From positions 32,001 through 96,000 of the IMG/VR virus record IMGVR_UViG_3300012352_000355: a stretch of 64,000 nucleotides of DNA. One strand, 5' to 3'. This DNA comes from a virus. Position numbers and translations under genes: made by a program. Shown here in pieces: positions 7,745 through 18,466 of this stretch (positions within the stretch are counted from its first letter, which is position 1; each line of letters opens with the position of its first letter). The notes under the pieces were generated by a model. It was not told the origin of the DNA. It worked only from the letters and a program-made list of their open reading frames with translations, and did no database searches.

Positions 7745-7951
7745 ATGGAAAACCACCAAGCCCCTAGTCCTCAACCTCACGTAGCCAATACTCTCCAAGA
7801 TAACTTATTTGAAACATTTAAGATCTTCTGGAAAGCAGGTTACTCTTATGGAAAGACAGGAAGGGATGAAGATTTTTATGCACGTGTCCTAGAAGACATT
7901 ATGAATATGAATCAGATCGACTTCCTAAAAAAGTACAACAATGGCAACTAA
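7745..7951 (+). CDS. Hypothetical protein
   Basis: ORF tightly packed between neighbours. Confidence 0.6.
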   Translation: MENHQAPSPQPHVANTLQDNLFETFKIFWKAGYSYGKTGRDEDFYARVLEDIMNMNQIDFLKKYNNGN

Positions 7952-8258
7952 GAAATTATCATACATATCAGCAGAGTTAGAATGGGCAGAACAACGCCTA
8001 ACTGAGTGGAGGGCATACATTGATAACAATCCTATCAACGGACTCAAAGATAGGATTGAATGGAAGCCAACAGCTAAGGGAGGAACTATGCCTATGGTTA
8101 TTGCTAGCCAAGAATCTCAAATCAAATCTTTAAGAGATACTATGAAAGAGTACTTAGCTCTTTTAGAAGTAGTAGATAGATTGAGAGAGAAAGAAGAGCA
8201 GAAAGCAGAAGCTAGAGGTTCCCAAGAGATTAATGGTAAGATGAAACAGTTTAGTTAA
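7941..8258 (+). CDS. Conserved helical protein upstream of the terminase (possible small terminase subunit)
   Basis: Position immediately before terL; coiled-coil character. Confidence 0.55.
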   Translation: MATKKLSYISAELEWAEQRLTEWRAYIDNNPINGLKDRIEWKPTAKGGTMPMVIASQESQIKSLRDTMKEYLALLEVVDRLREKEEQKAEARGSQEINGKMKQFS

Positions 8259-8263
8259 TAGTT

Positions 8264-10273
8264 ATGTATCCAAATCTAGATAGTCCTGAATTCCTAATTA
8301 ACGTACAGAATCTCCCTGATATCACTTCAGAGGAGTATACTGCATTCTGGGAAAACGAGGACAAAAAGATTACAGAGGGTGTAACTATTAACGGATTCTA
8401 CTTTTCTCCTTTTATTTACTGGCACTTAAACTACTGGTCTATTTATGTGGACACTATGATAGGTAAGCGTCAGGTTCGTAAACTAGATAAGCCTCAGTTG
8501 TGGGATACCTACCTAGCAGTAGATGAGACTATCCACAAAGCTGAGAATCACGAAGACGGAAAGAAAGGAGTTGTAATGGTAGGATCTAGACGTATTTCTA
8601 AGTCAGTTCTTACTTCTTCTTACATGGCTCACAAGGCTGTAACACAGAAAGGATCTGACAATCTTATATCTGCGCTTAATCAACCTGACTTAAAAGTAAT
8701 CACAGACTACGTAGACTTAGGTCTTAGAAACCTTCCTGACTATTTTAGATTTCCCCGTATTGAGGATGACTGGAAGAAGCAGGTAACTTTAGGTTTTAAA
8801 GATAAAAAGACTAACGCTCGTAATGAGTGGTCTAAGTTTCATGTACGTAACTTCGATGAAGGTAACAATACGGAAGCAGCGGCAGGTCTTACTCTATCTT
8901 CGTTTCTTTTGGAAGAAGGAGGAAAAGGAAAGATCCTTAGTTGTCTAGCGGCAACTACTCCGTGTTTTGACAGTCCTTATGGATGGCGTTGTTCTCCTTT
9001 TGTAATTGGAACTTCTGGAGACATGAGTAAAGCAGCTGACCTAGAAGAACTTTTCAATAACCCAGAAGCTTATAACTTTCTTCCTGTAGAATCTAACGAA
9101 TCAGGAAAGTCTTACGGATTGTTTATTCCAGGAACTCGTTCTTTGAAAGTACCAAAAGAAGAAAAGCCTTTAGGACTTTACTTAGGTAAAGATGCTCCTT
9201 CTGAGTTAGATCTAATTAAGATCTGGGTAGCAGACGAAGAAAAAGGCAAAGACCAAATTCTTAAATCTAGAGAACAGATTAAAAAGTCTAGTGGATTAGA
9301 GACTTATTTGAAAGAAGTAATGTACTACCCACTTACTCATGAAGAGTGTTTCTTAGAACTGTCTCAGAATATCTTTCCAGTAGATTTACTTCAGGAACAA
9401 TTACAGAAACTAACAGCCCAGGAGATTGTAGCTGACAACGTAGAACTGTATACAGGATCTGAAGGAACCATTAGACACAAGTTTACAGATAAGAAAGCCG
9501 TTACAATGTTCCCAGTGAAGCCAACAGACGACATTGAGGGTTGCGTACAGATTTGGGAATATCCTCTCTCAGATGCTCCCTATGGGCTTTATACAGCAGG
9601 AACGGATCCATACAAACAATCACAGGCTCACTACTCAACTTCTTTAGGGTCTACTTATATCTACAAAAGAGTACATAGTCTTAATGGAGAAGGGTGGCAG
9701 AATATGGTTGTTGCTTGTTATACAGGTCGTCCTAAGAAGATTGAAACTTGGTACGAGACTACTAAGATGCTTCTTAAGTATTACAATGCTAAGACTCTTT
9801 GTGAAAACATGGACTACGGTTTTATCCAACACTGTGTAGATAAGAACGAATCTCCTAGAGTACTTGAGAAGACACCTAGATTCCTAAATGATATTCACCC
9901 TAACTCTACAGTTAATCGTGACTATGGTATTCACATGACTAAAGATATTAAAAACTATTTAATGTCTCTTATCATTGAATACATTACCGAAGTAGTAGAG
10001 ATAGAAAGAGATGCAGATGGAAACATAGTAAAAGAACGCTTAGGAGTAACCAGGATTCTAGATCCTGTACTGATTAAGGAATTAATTAAGTTCACACCTA
10101 AGTTAAACGTTGACCGAGTTATATCTTTTGGCTTGACATTGGCAATGGCTAAATCATTGAACACTCAGGTAATCATATCTGATGCAAGTCAAGACACTAG
10201 AATGCAAGCATACTTTAGAGAGAAGAAAGGGAACTCTCTATTCCGTACTTCATCATCTCCCTTCCGCTATTAA
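8264..10273 (+). CDS. terL: Terminase large subunit
   Basis: Walker A-like GSRRISKS, Walker B FLLEEGG, motif III-like IGTSG, nuclease AGTDPY and C-terminal DRVISF; precedes the portal. Confidence 0.93.
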   Translation: MYPNLDSPEFLINVQNLPDITSEEYTAFWENEDKKITEGVTINGFYFSPFIYWHLNYWSIYVDTMIGKRQVRKLDKPQLWDTYLAVDETIHKAENHEDGKKGVVMVGSRRISKSVLTSSYMAHKAVTQKGSDNLISALNQPDLKVITDYVDLGLRNLPDYFRFPRIEDDWKKQVTLGFKDKKTNARNEWSKFHVRNFDEGNNTEAAAGLTLSSFLLEEGGKGKILSCLAATTPCFDSPYGWRCSPFVIGTSGDMSKAADLEELFNNPEAYNFLPVESNESGKSYGLFIPGTRSLKVPKEEKPLGLYLGKDAPSELDLIKIWVADEEKGKDQILKSREQIKKSSGLETYLKEVMYYPLTHEECFLELSQNIFPVDLLQEQLQKLTAQEIVADNVELYTGSEGTIRHKFTDKKAVTMFPVKPTDDIEGCVQIWEYPLSDAPYGLYTAGTDPYKQSQAHYSTSLGSTYIYKRVHSLNGEGWQNMVVACYTGRPKKIETWYETTKMLLKYYNAKTLCENMDYGFIQHCVDKNESPRVLEKTPRFLNDIHPNSTVNRDYGIHMTKDIKNYLMSLIIEYITEVVEIERDADGNIVKERLGVTRILDPVLIKELIKFTPKLNVDRVISFGLTLAMAKSLNTQVIISDASQDTRMQAYFREKKGNSLFRTSSSPFRY

Positions 10274-10298
10274 CTAAAACTAAAATAAATATACTGAA

Positions 10299-12752
10299 AT
10301 GATTATTGAATCTCTCAAAGAGTACACTGATCCACTAAATCACGCTTATTTCTACCCTGAGCAATTTGTAAGCTTATCGGAGAAAGAGAAAGAGCAGTGG
10401 ATTAAGTCTACTATGGACTACTTTGCAAATATTGCATTCTCGCAGTATAAGCAAAATATCAACTTCAGAAAGAACTACCGTTTGCTTAACGGTGAATTCA
10501 ACTTTGCTGACTACACAAACGTTCCTGAGTATCAGGAGTTGATGAGTTATTTAAGTGATGTTCCAGATCAGGAACCTGAGGTACCTCAACACTTGAAGCA
10601 CTACCCAATAGTGAACCCTCCTATCAACCAGTTGAAGGGTGAATTGATTAATCGCCCTCACAAATACAAAGTAAAAGCTGTAGATGATGAGGCTATCAAT
10701 GAGACTATTGACTTTAGAACTGAATTGATTAAGGAACACTTTCTTCAGAAGTTGCAAGCACAGTTAGAAGGACAACCTATAGATCCAGAACAAGAGGCTC
10801 AAATGCAAAAAGAGATTCAGGATAAAATCTTGGATTATACTTCAGTTGCTGAAGAATGGGGTAACAAAACTCTTAACGCTCTTAAGTACCACTTTAACTT
10901 TAGAGAAAAGTCACAAGGATCTTTCTTAGATTTCTTGGTAACGGGTAAAGAGTTTCACCACTTCTACCCTGATAACTCTCGCTTAGGTTTTAACTATAAA
11001 GTAGAGAACCCATCTAACGTATGGTACTTGGCTAACCGTAATGCTCAGTATACTTCTGATTGTTGGGCATTAGGTCTTATCGAAGTTCTTTCTATGACTG
11101 AGATTGTAGAACGTTACAATCTAACAGGAGAAGAAGTAGAACATCTTAAGAATCGTTCTCTGCAAAACCTAAGAAACAATGAGTACTCTCCTTTGGCTCC
11201 TGCTCTTCCAGATCCTAACGATCCTTTGTGGCAGTTGACATTTGAGAACGTAGGTGACTTTGCTAACGGAGGTATTGACCATAACGTATTCTCATTTAAC
11301 TCTCAGCACTCTTACACAGTTGTTACTTCTTACTGGCAGTCTAAAAAGAAAATCTTCAAAAGAACTTACTTAGACGAAGAAGGATTCCAACAAGAGATGT
11401 TTGTATCTGAAGACTACAAGATGGACAAAACTCTAGGTGATGTTAGTCTGGAAGAACTTTGGATTAACGAATGGTGGAGGGGTATCAAGATTGGAGCAGA
11501 CATCTACGTATGCGTAGAACCCCTAGAGTTTACTCAACAGGCTCCTATCGTAGGTATCATCAATACTACTCGTAATACTCAAGGTAAATCTCTTCTAGAT
11601 CTTCTTAAGCCTTATCAGGTTCTTTACAACATCTGTATGAACCAGTTGTGGGAGTTGCTTGAAAAAGAGATTGGAGTTGTGTTCTTAGGTGACCTTAAAG
11701 TTGTTCCTAAGAAAGATTCTCAAGATCCAATCGAGACAATGTTGTGGAATGCTAAGAACAGAGGTACTCTTTTGATTGATACTTCTATCGAGAATACAGG
11801 AGGAGCTGTACAGTTCAACCAGTTCTCTCGTTTAGATCTTACACGTTCTCAAGAAATCCAAGCACGTATCCAATTAGCTCAGCAACTTCGTTTAGAAGCC
11901 TATGAACTAGTAGGTCTTACTCGTCAACGTCTAGGTAACTCTCAAGCATCAGATACAGCAACAGCTGCTAACAATGCTTTGATTCAATCCTTTGCTCAGA
12001 CAGAGACTTGGTTTGCTTGGCATGATAACATCTTGCAGAAGGTTTACCAGACTATCCTGGATATGGCTCAATACATTGAGTTGCAGAAACCTACTTCTAC
12101 GCTTAACTATCTGAACTCTGAACTAGAGACTGTATTCTTACAAGTAAGCAAGAACGAACTTCTTCATGAACTATTTGTGTTTGTTTCTTCTTACGCTGAG
12201 GATAAAGTAACACTAGAACAATTGAAGCAACTGGCTCAGCCTGCTATGCAGAATGGAGCAGAGCTTTCTGAGATGGTAGATTTGTTTACTGCTAACTCTG
12301 AAAGAAGTCTTCGTAAGACCTTGGCCGATGTACAGACTCGTAAAGAAGCTATTCGTCAACAAGAGCAAGCAATCAAGCAACAACAGTTGGAACAACAACA
12401 AGCACAATTCGAACAGAAAATGCAGATGGATGCAGCTCAAAAAGCAGAGGATGCACGCAGAGAAGATATGAACAAGCAGCTTGATCGTGAGAACAGACTT
12501 CAGGTAGTACAGCTTCAAGGTATTGCTAACGAGGGTTCTTATAATCCTGAAGTAGATACTACTGGACTCCTAATTGAACAAACTAAAATAGCTCAAGATA
12601 TTTCTAAGCAAACTTTTGAAAAAGTAACTAAGAATAAAGAGCTAAGTTTAAAGGAGAAAGAGTTGTCTCTCAAGGAGAAAGACATAGATACTAAGTTAAA
12701 AATAGCTCAAACAAATAAAAATAAATACGATTCAAGCTCAAAAAAGAAATAA
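10299..12752 (+). CDS. Portal protein
   Basis: 817 aa after terL; HYPIVNP.INQL.GE, WINEWW.G.KIG, SLLDLLKPYQ.LYN, G.TRQRLG motifs typical of crAss-like portals; C-terminal coiled coil. Confidence 0.9.
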   Translation: MIIESLKEYTDPLNHAYFYPEQFVSLSEKEKEQWIKSTMDYFANIAFSQYKQNINFRKNYRLLNGEFNFADYTNVPEYQELMSYLSDVPDQEPEVPQHLKHYPIVNPPINQLKGELINRPHKYKVKAVDDEAINETIDFRTELIKEHFLQKLQAQLEGQPIDPEQEAQMQKEIQDKILDYTSVAEEWGNKTLNALKYHFNFREKSQGSFLDFLVTGKEFHHFYPDNSRLGFNYKVENPSNVWYLANRNAQYTSDCWALGLIEVLSMTEIVERYNLTGEEVEHLKNRSLQNLRNNEYSPLAPALPDPNDPLWQLTFENVGDFANGGIDHNVFSFNSQHSYTVVTSYWQSKKKIFKRTYLDEEGFQQEMFVSEDYKMDKTLGDVSLEELWINEWWRGIKIGADIYVCVEPLEFTQQAPIVGIINTTRNTQGKSLLDLLKPYQVLYNICMNQLWELLEKEIGVVFLGDLKVVPKKDSQDPIETMLWNAKNRGTLLIDTSIENTGGAVQFNQFSRLDLTRSQEIQARIQLAQQLRLEAYELVGLTRQRLGNSQASDTATAANNALIQSFAQTETWFAWHDNILQKVYQTILDMAQYIELQKPTSTLNYLNSELETVFLQVSKNELLHELFVFVSSYAEDKVTLEQLKQLAQPAMQNGAELSEMVDLFTANSERSLRKTLADVQTRKEAIRQQEQAIKQQQLEQQQAQFEQKMQMDAAQKAEDARREDMNKQLDRENRLQVVQLQGIANEGSYNPEVDTTGLLIEQTKIAQDISKQTFEKVTKNKELSLKEKELSLKEKDIDTKLKIAQTNKNKYDSSSKKK

Positions 12753-12760
12753 AATGAGCT

Positions 12761-12800
12761 TAAAGTAGGGGGTTTTTGAGCCTGAAAATCCCCTATTTTA
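12761..12800 (+). terminator. Stem-loop after portal
   Basis: TAAAGTAGGGGGTTTT / AAAATCCCCTATTTTA inverted repeat. Confidence 0.6.
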
Positions 12801-12837
12801 ACTTAATGTGTATATCATAACCAAAATTATTAATCTC

Positions 12838-12867
12838 TTGTGTTAATTTTTTAAAATATTACTTTTG
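12838..12867 (+). promoter_or_regulatory. Bacteroidota promoter (TTG-N19-TACTTTTG) for the capsid operon
   Basis: Consensus match 21 nt upstream of ATG12888. Confidence 0.75.
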
Positions 12868-12887
12868 AATTAAACCAAACTAACCTT

Positions 12888-14021
12888 ATGACACCTAATA
12901 GTTCTTTAGAGAATCTAGAGTTCTTTGACAGTTTTTCCGTAGATGATCCAATTGATTTGGATACTCCTGTTGAAGATCCCAATGCAAACATCAAACCCGA
13001 TATCCTAGGAGGAGAAGAGTTTGATCCTTTGGAAGAAGAGGAAGAAGATAATCCTCCAACACCACCAACACCGCCTAAGACTCCTGCCCCTGCACCCGCA
13101 GAAGAAGAGGAAGAAGAAATAGATCTAGAAGACGATAACGAAGACGAAGAAGAAAATTACTTTGAAGTATTCGGTAAAGGTCTTGCCAAAGCAGGAATGC
13201 TTAACGTAGAAGAAGGAGAAGAAATTGAGTGGACTGAACAAACGTTCTTAGATAAGATGAATGAAACCATCGAAGACAGAGCATGGAATCAGTTAGAGCA
13301 ATTGGCTACAGAGACCTACGGAGAAGCAGGAGTACAAATGATCGAAGATATCTTCATCAACAAAGTCCCTGTTCAAGAATACTTACAGATGTTCTCTAAT
13401 GAACAGATTGTAGAGAATGTAGACTTGAGCGTAGAAGCAAACCAAGAAAGAGTTTTCCGTTTGTATCTAGCTAAAACAGGAATGGACGAGGATGAGATTA
13501 CAGATCAACTTAACTACGCTAGAGACAATGATCGCCTAGAAGCATACTCTCAGAAATACCACGGTAAACTGGTAGAGAAGATGCAGCAGGAAAGAGCAAC
13601 ACTCGCACAAGAGAGTGAAGCACGAGTACAGGCGATGAGACAGAAAGAAGAAGAAAGAGAGCAGTTATATGCTGACGTACTTGATGGAGCAATTGCTTCT
13701 GGAGCTATCGAAGGATACCCAATCAATGAACAGTCTGCAAGTGAGCTTTTTGATTTCGTTCTTTCTAAACCACACGTTCTTCCCAATGGTCAGCGTATTA
13801 GTGAGTTTGAATACAAACTAGCTAAGATGCGTCAAGAAGATCCAAGTAAGTTCTTAGCTGTAGCAAAACTTGTTCAAAGTGATTTGGACTTGACTCCTGT
13901 AAAAAGAAAAGCTGTTACGGATGAGACTAATTCTCTCTTCAATGATTTAAAGACCAAGAGCAAAAAGTCGACTAAGCCCTCAAAATCTAATGACGACCTA
14001 TTCTCAAGGTACTTCAAATAA
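12888..14021 (+). CDS. Acidic scaffold-like capsid assembly protein
   Basis: Very acidic, Pro-rich N-terminus and coiled coil; lies between portal and MCP as in crAss-like phages. Confidence 0.7.
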   Translation: MTPNSSLENLEFFDSFSVDDPIDLDTPVEDPNANIKPDILGGEEFDPLEEEEEDNPPTPPTPPKTPAPAPAEEEEEEIDLEDDNEDEEENYFEVFGKGLAKAGMLNVEEGEEIEWTEQTFLDKMNETIEDRAWNQLEQLATETYGEAGVQMIEDIFINKVPVQEYLQMFSNEQIVENVDLSVEANQERVFRLYLAKTGMDEDEITDQLNYARDNDRLEAYSQKYHGKLVEKMQQERATLAQESEARVQAMRQKEEEREQLYADVLDGAIASGAIEGYPINEQSASELFDFVLSKPHVLPNGQRISEFEYKLAKMRQEDPSKFLAVAKLVQSDLDLTPVKRKAVTDETNSLFNDLKTKSKKSTKPSKSNDDLFSRYFK

Positions 14022-14052
14022 AAACACAAAAACAAAAAAATAAATTACTACT

Positions 14053-15576
14053 ATGCCTAATCAAAGTATTCCACATGTTAATGGGAGAGTTATAGCTAAC
14101 GCTCACATGACAAGCTCATTCTATTCTAAGAATGGTTTGGGTAAATTGACAGACAAGAATTTTGTTGAAACTATGTTGCGCACTAAGCCTGACCAGTATG
14201 ACAAAATGATGATCCGTCTTTTCACTGACACTAAATTGTACAAGAACGACCTTTTGGATTTGGTCATGAAGACTGGTAAGCCTTTCATGGTTAACGATCC
14301 TAACGGTGTCTTCACCTACAAAATCAAGAAGCGTGCTGAGTTGCCTAAAATCATCATCAGTACTGGTGCTTCTAATCCTGGTAGAGATGGTTCTGTATTC
14401 GAATTAGTGTTTGACAAGAACGTATTCGTTGTAAACGATATCGTAACTGCTCACCGCTACGAGCAAGAGACTCAAATCCAGATCGTATCTGAGGGAGAGA
14501 AATTCCAAAACGGTTTCAAATATAAGTGTACTGCTGTTGGCGCTTCTGCTGCTGATTTCGTAGATGCTCGTTTCTTGGCTGTAGGAGTTGAGTACTTCAA
14601 GATCGGTAACGTATTGGGTGAGTACACCACTTCATTCTCTAGCTTGGGATTGTTCGATGGTAACTTGGAAGTAATGGCTGACGTATTGCAACAGTATGGT
14701 GTTGAACACACTATCACTGACTGGGCTGATGCTACTAAATTGGGTATGCAAACTGATGCAGCTGGTAATCCTATGGATATCACTTACTACTCAGTTTCTG
14801 ATCCTATGGCTGAAGGCGAAAAGACCAAGATTGTTGGTTGGGAGCCTACTGTATCTCGTTTGTTGCGTATGGAAATGTTGCGTATGAAGGCTAACACTTT
14901 GATGTGGGGTCGTCAAGGTAACGGTAAAGACGAAAAAGGTCGTCCTACTCGTGCCAAGCAAGGTTTGTGGCAGCAATTGCACTTGGGTAACGTTATCTAC
15001 TATGATCGTGGCCAGTTCTCTTTGAACTTGATTCGTACTGCTATCGGTGACTTGTTCTACAACCGTGTGTTGATTAAAGATCGTAGCGTGAAGATCTACA
15101 CTAACCGTTCTGGTATGGAGTTGGCTTCTACTGCTATCCGCAAAGACTTCAACGGTCAGAACTTTACTGTATCTGCTGATAAGTTCTTGGATGGTAAAGA
15201 TCGTACCAAGCAAGGTTACGCTTTCCAATTCGATCACTTCATGACCACTGAAACTGGTCCTGTAGAATTCGTAGAATTGGAACAGTTGAACGAGCATGCT
15301 ACTTTCTTGGAGTTGGGTCCTAACAAGAAGACTCCTCCAATCTTCATCATCTTGGATGTAAGTGGTCAAGAAGACGCTGGTATCCGTGAGGTAAAATTGT
15401 CTACTCGCCCTAACATGTACTACCAGTACATTGCAGGTTCAGTAGGATTTGGTGCTCAACAGACATCAATCGCTAACAAAGATCCTTACAGTACCTACAT
15501 CATGAAGGACTTCTGTGGTATCTTCTTGGAAGATCCTACCAAGACTGTAATCATTAAAGAATTCCCTCGCATCTAA
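14053..15576 (+). CDS. Major capsid protein
   Basis: 507 aa, strongly biased high-expression codons, L.WG..G / G.GLWQQL motif, crAss-like gene order. Confidence 0.9.
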   Translation: MPNQSIPHVNGRVIANAHMTSSFYSKNGLGKLTDKNFVETMLRTKPDQYDKMMIRLFTDTKLYKNDLLDLVMKTGKPFMVNDPNGVFTYKIKKRAELPKIIISTGASNPGRDGSVFELVFDKNVFVVNDIVTAHRYEQETQIQIVSEGEKFQNGFKYKCTAVGASAADFVDARFLAVGVEYFKIGNVLGEYTTSFSSLGLFDGNLEVMADVLQQYGVEHTITDWADATKLGMQTDAAGNPMDITYYSVSDPMAEGEKTKIVGWEPTVSRLLRMEMLRMKANTLMWGRQGNGKDEKGRPTRAKQGLWQQLHLGNVIYYDRGQFSLNLIRTAIGDLFYNRVLIKDRSVKIYTNRSGMELASTAIRKDFNGQNFTVSADKFLDGKDRTKQGYAFQFDHFMTTETGPVEFVELEQLNEHATFLELGPNKKTPPIFIILDVSGQEDAGIREVKLSTRPNMYYQYIAGSVGFGAQQTSIANKDPYSTYIMKDFCGIFLEDPTKTVIIKEFPRI

Positions 15577-15591
15577 TTGCGAATCTATGAC

Positions 15592-15615
15592 GGAGGGGGT
15601 TTAATATCCCCCTCC
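15592..15615 (+). terminator. Stem-loop after MCP
   Basis: GGAGGGGG / CCCCCTCC. Confidence 0.6.
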
Positions 15616-15655
15616 TAATTAGATAAAGTTAGAACTAAACCAAAAACCAAACCAA

Positions 15656-16594
15656 ATGAGTAAACAAATAGCACAGGGAGTGCGTATTATTCGTCCCTTC
15701 AAACGTCAACCATCTAGCATGCGCACCTTAGAGGGTTCATTGTACCAGAATGGATACAACTTCATTCCAGGAACAGTAAGAAAATTTTTCCCACGAGTTG
15801 ATTCACGTGGAGTAATTCGGACAGGATTAGACGAGAACTCTCCAAAGTTCCGTGGAATCTTCGACCTAAAAGTTAGAGAGCAAGAGATTCAAAGAGTTAC
15901 CCAACTTAGAGAATACTACGAGTCTATCCTAGACGAGTCCTTGTTGCCTAACAGTACGTTCTATGACGAAATCAAAGAAAATGGCTATACTCTAGAAGAT
16001 GGTGACAACCTCTTCAATATGGAGAATCCAAGAGACGCAATCAACTTCTATTGGTTAATGGAAACTGATATGGTTGCTGCTTCTATGGATGATATAGAAA
16101 GTGGTAAGGTCGATACATCAATTGTAAAATTCTACGTTTACAATGGTGATGTTGAAACCAAGACAACCTTTGAGCGTAAGAAGAAGATCAACAGCGCTAT
16201 TGCATCTCTTGATAAGATGACTGCAAGCAAGCGTAAGAAGGTTCAGAAACTTATCGGCTTAGGTTTGCCTATGGATGCTACAGAAGAAGAAGTTTACAAT
16301 GCAGTAGATGAATTCCTCCGTACACCTGCCTCTGCTCTAGATAGAGACCCTATCGAACAGTTTAACAGAATCATGGCTTACAGTGATGATTTGTTAGATG
16401 TTAAGTCTCTAGTTAGAGATCTAGTAGATAAAAACATAGTTAGAATTAAAGGTTCTATTGTATACGAAGGTGAGCATGTGTGGTCTAAGTCAATTGAAGA
16501 GTTTGAACTTTTCTTGGCAGATCCTAAGAACACTGAAGAGTACACAGCCTTTAAAGAAAAACTAAAGAACAAAGCACGAATTGACGCTCTATAA
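15656..16594 (+). CDS. Conserved crAss-like morphogenesis protein following MCP
   Basis: Gene order; TGLDE and L.DGDN.FN..NP.D motifs. Confidence 0.7.
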   Translation: MSKQIAQGVRIIRPFKRQPSSMRTLEGSLYQNGYNFIPGTVRKFFPRVDSRGVIRTGLDENSPKFRGIFDLKVREQEIQRVTQLREYYESILDESLLPNSTFYDEIKENGYTLEDGDNLFNMENPRDAINFYWLMETDMVAASMDDIESGKVDTSIVKFYVYNGDVETKTTFERKKKINSAIASLDKMTASKRKKVQKLIGLGLPMDATEEEVYNAVDEFLRTPASALDRDPIEQFNRIMAYSDDLLDVKSLVRDLVDKNIVRIKGSIVYEGEHVWSKSIEEFELFLADPKNTEEYTAFKEKLKNKARIDAL

Positions 16595-16611
16595 TAAACT
16601 AAATAACTGAT

Positions 16612-17328
16612 ATGATCCCTGTTGAGGAACTCATCTATGAGTTTAAACTAACTTTAAATAAAATCAATCGCCAGGATAACATTGATATCCCGATTGAAGA
16701 TATTATAGTTTACCTCAACAAGGCTCAGATTAGCTGGGTTAAAACAAAGATTAACCCTAACAATGTTTACAAAGTAGGGTACGATTCGATAAGGAAACGG
16801 GTTGATGATCTTCAGGTTCTGAAGGAAAGCAATGTTCCCTTAAAGCCAATAAAAACAAACGATCTCTTTCATGTCGGATATGATTGTCCTTTGAAAGATG
16901 CAGCAAACTATATGTTCTATATTTCGTCTTATGCTATGGCTAAAAACGGCACTTGTGTTGAGCCAATAACAGTAGACTTAATTAGACATGGGGAACTTAC
17001 GACTAAGTATCTAGATGCAAATTACAACCCTTCGTTTGAGTGGAGAACAACTATAGCCACACTGGGGAACGATAATTTGACTATATATACTGATAGTAAG
17101 TTTCAGATTCAAAAAGTGTTTATGACGTACTTACGTTATCCCCTCAATATAGATGTAGAGGGCTACGTTAAGTTTGACGGAACAACATCTAAGAATCAAA
17201 ACTCAGAACTTCCTGAGTATGCTAAGTCAGACCTAGTCGATTTAGCTGTGAAGTTCGCTGCTCAATCTACAGATAATCAAGCTCAGGCAGTGTTTGCCGA
17301 AGATCGTTTAAACAAAAATACTGAATAA
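16612..17328 (+). CDS. Tail ring / head-tail adaptor protein
   Basis: YLNKAQ, KRVDDLQVL, YLRYP, SELPE...DLVDLAV motifs; gene order. Confidence 0.75.
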   Translation: MIPVEELIYEFKLTLNKINRQDNIDIPIEDIIVYLNKAQISWVKTKINPNNVYKVGYDSIRKRVDDLQVLKESNVPLKPIKTNDLFHVGYDCPLKDAANYMFYISSYAMAKNGTCVEPITVDLIRHGELTTKYLDANYNPSFEWRTTIATLGNDNLTIYTDSKFQIQKVFMTYLRYPLNIDVEGYVKFDGTTSKNQNSELPEYAKSDLVDLAVKFAAQSTDNQAQAVFAEDRLNKNTE

Positions 17329-17339
17329 TATATAAAACT

Positions 17340-18404
17340 ATGAATCACAAGATCACACAAATCTTTGTACCTAACGCAGTATCTGCTGCTACTAGTACTT
17401 TTGCAATGGCTGAAAAGTCTGTTGCTGCTTTTAATGCAGACTTGACTTCCAACTTGGGAGCAACTCCTGCTGTTCCTGCATCTTTCCAATTGGTTTTCGG
17501 AACAGGTACCAACAACAAATATGGTACTTTCAAAACTGGTGTTATCAAGCAAAGCAACATTTTGTCTGTAACTAAGACAAATGCTGACTTGACTGTAACT
17601 CAGCAAGTTTCTTACATTGGTTGGGATGAAGCTTCTGCTGCTACTCCTGTTTTCAAATGTGACGAAGAGTATGTTGTTACTTTGAAAATTGACGAGTACT
17701 GGAGCAAAGGCATCTATCAACCAATGATCCAAGAGTCAGTAGTAGTTAAAACTGCTTGCTGCTCTGATTGTGGTGGTGACTGCGATGCTTTGTCTGCATC
17801 TACTTACATGACTGCTATCGTAACCAAGATCAACGCTTCTCCTTTGTTGAGCAAGTATGTAGTTGCTTCTTTGGTATCTAGCGGCTCTAACTACGGTGTT
17901 AAATTGGTAGGTAAGGCTTTGGATGAATTCGGAAACTCTTGTGTTCCTGATGCAGTTCCTTACGTATTCAACTTGGTACGTTTCAAGGCTCACGTACATG
18001 CTGGTCCTTACAACACTCAAGATTTCGATATCGAAGATTCTTGCGCTGCTTGGACTATCACTTACACTACTCCTGTTAAATACCCAGTAGGTGCTAAAGC
18101 AGCTATGGCTGAAATGGAGCGTAACTACTTCACTAACAACTTGCCTGCTGTTGCTGAAGCTCGCTACTACTGGAACCCTATCTACAACGAGGATGCTAAC
18201 AAGTTCATGTATGTTCCTACTTACACTGCCGCTACAGGTTTTGAAATGTATGAAATTACTTTCTTGGAAGATTCTCCTGTAGGTTTCGAGAAGAAGACTC
18301 AAAACACTCACTCAGTTATTTTGTTGAGTGAAGAAGGTGGAGCAAACGAAGCTGCCATCCGTGCTTTGATCAATGCTTTGACTGGTCAGTCTTTCGTAGA
18401 CTAA
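17340..18404 (+). CDS. Abundant structural protein (auxiliary capsid protein-like)
   Basis: MCP-like high-expression codon bias, followed by a terminator; gene order. Confidence 0.65.
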   Translation: MNHKITQIFVPNAVSAATSTFAMAEKSVAAFNADLTSNLGATPAVPASFQLVFGTGTNNKYGTFKTGVIKQSNILSVTKTNADLTVTQQVSYIGWDEASAATPVFKCDEEYVVTLKIDEYWSKGIYQPMIQESVVVKTACCSDCGGDCDALSASTYMTAIVTKINASPLLSKYVVASLVSSGSNYGVKLVGKALDEFGNSCVPDAVPYVFNLVRFKAHVHAGPYNTQDFDIEDSCAAWTITYTTPVKYPVGAKAAMAEMERNYFTNNLPAVAEARYYWNPIYNEDANKFMYVPTYTAATGFEMYEITFLEDSPVGFEKKTQNTHSVILLSEEGGANEAAIRALINALTGQSFVD

Positions 18405-18416
18405 TCTAAAGAATAT

Positions 18417-18443
18417 GTGGGGGATTGAGTTCCCCCACTTTTT
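18417..18443 (+). terminator. Rho-independent terminator
   Basis: GTGGGGGA / TCCCCCAC followed by TTTTT. Confidence 0.8.
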
Positions 18444-18466
18444 CTAACCTATTAATTTAAATCGAA

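Noticed and set aside
12635-12682. KELSLKEKELSLKEK tandem repeat in the portal C-terminus
   Set aside because: Ordinary coiled-coil heptad duplication with diverged codons
14121-18311. Long antisense ORFs (up to 192 aa) opposite the MCP and auxiliary capsid genes
   Set aside because: Explained by strong codon bias of highly expressed genes, which depletes antisense stops
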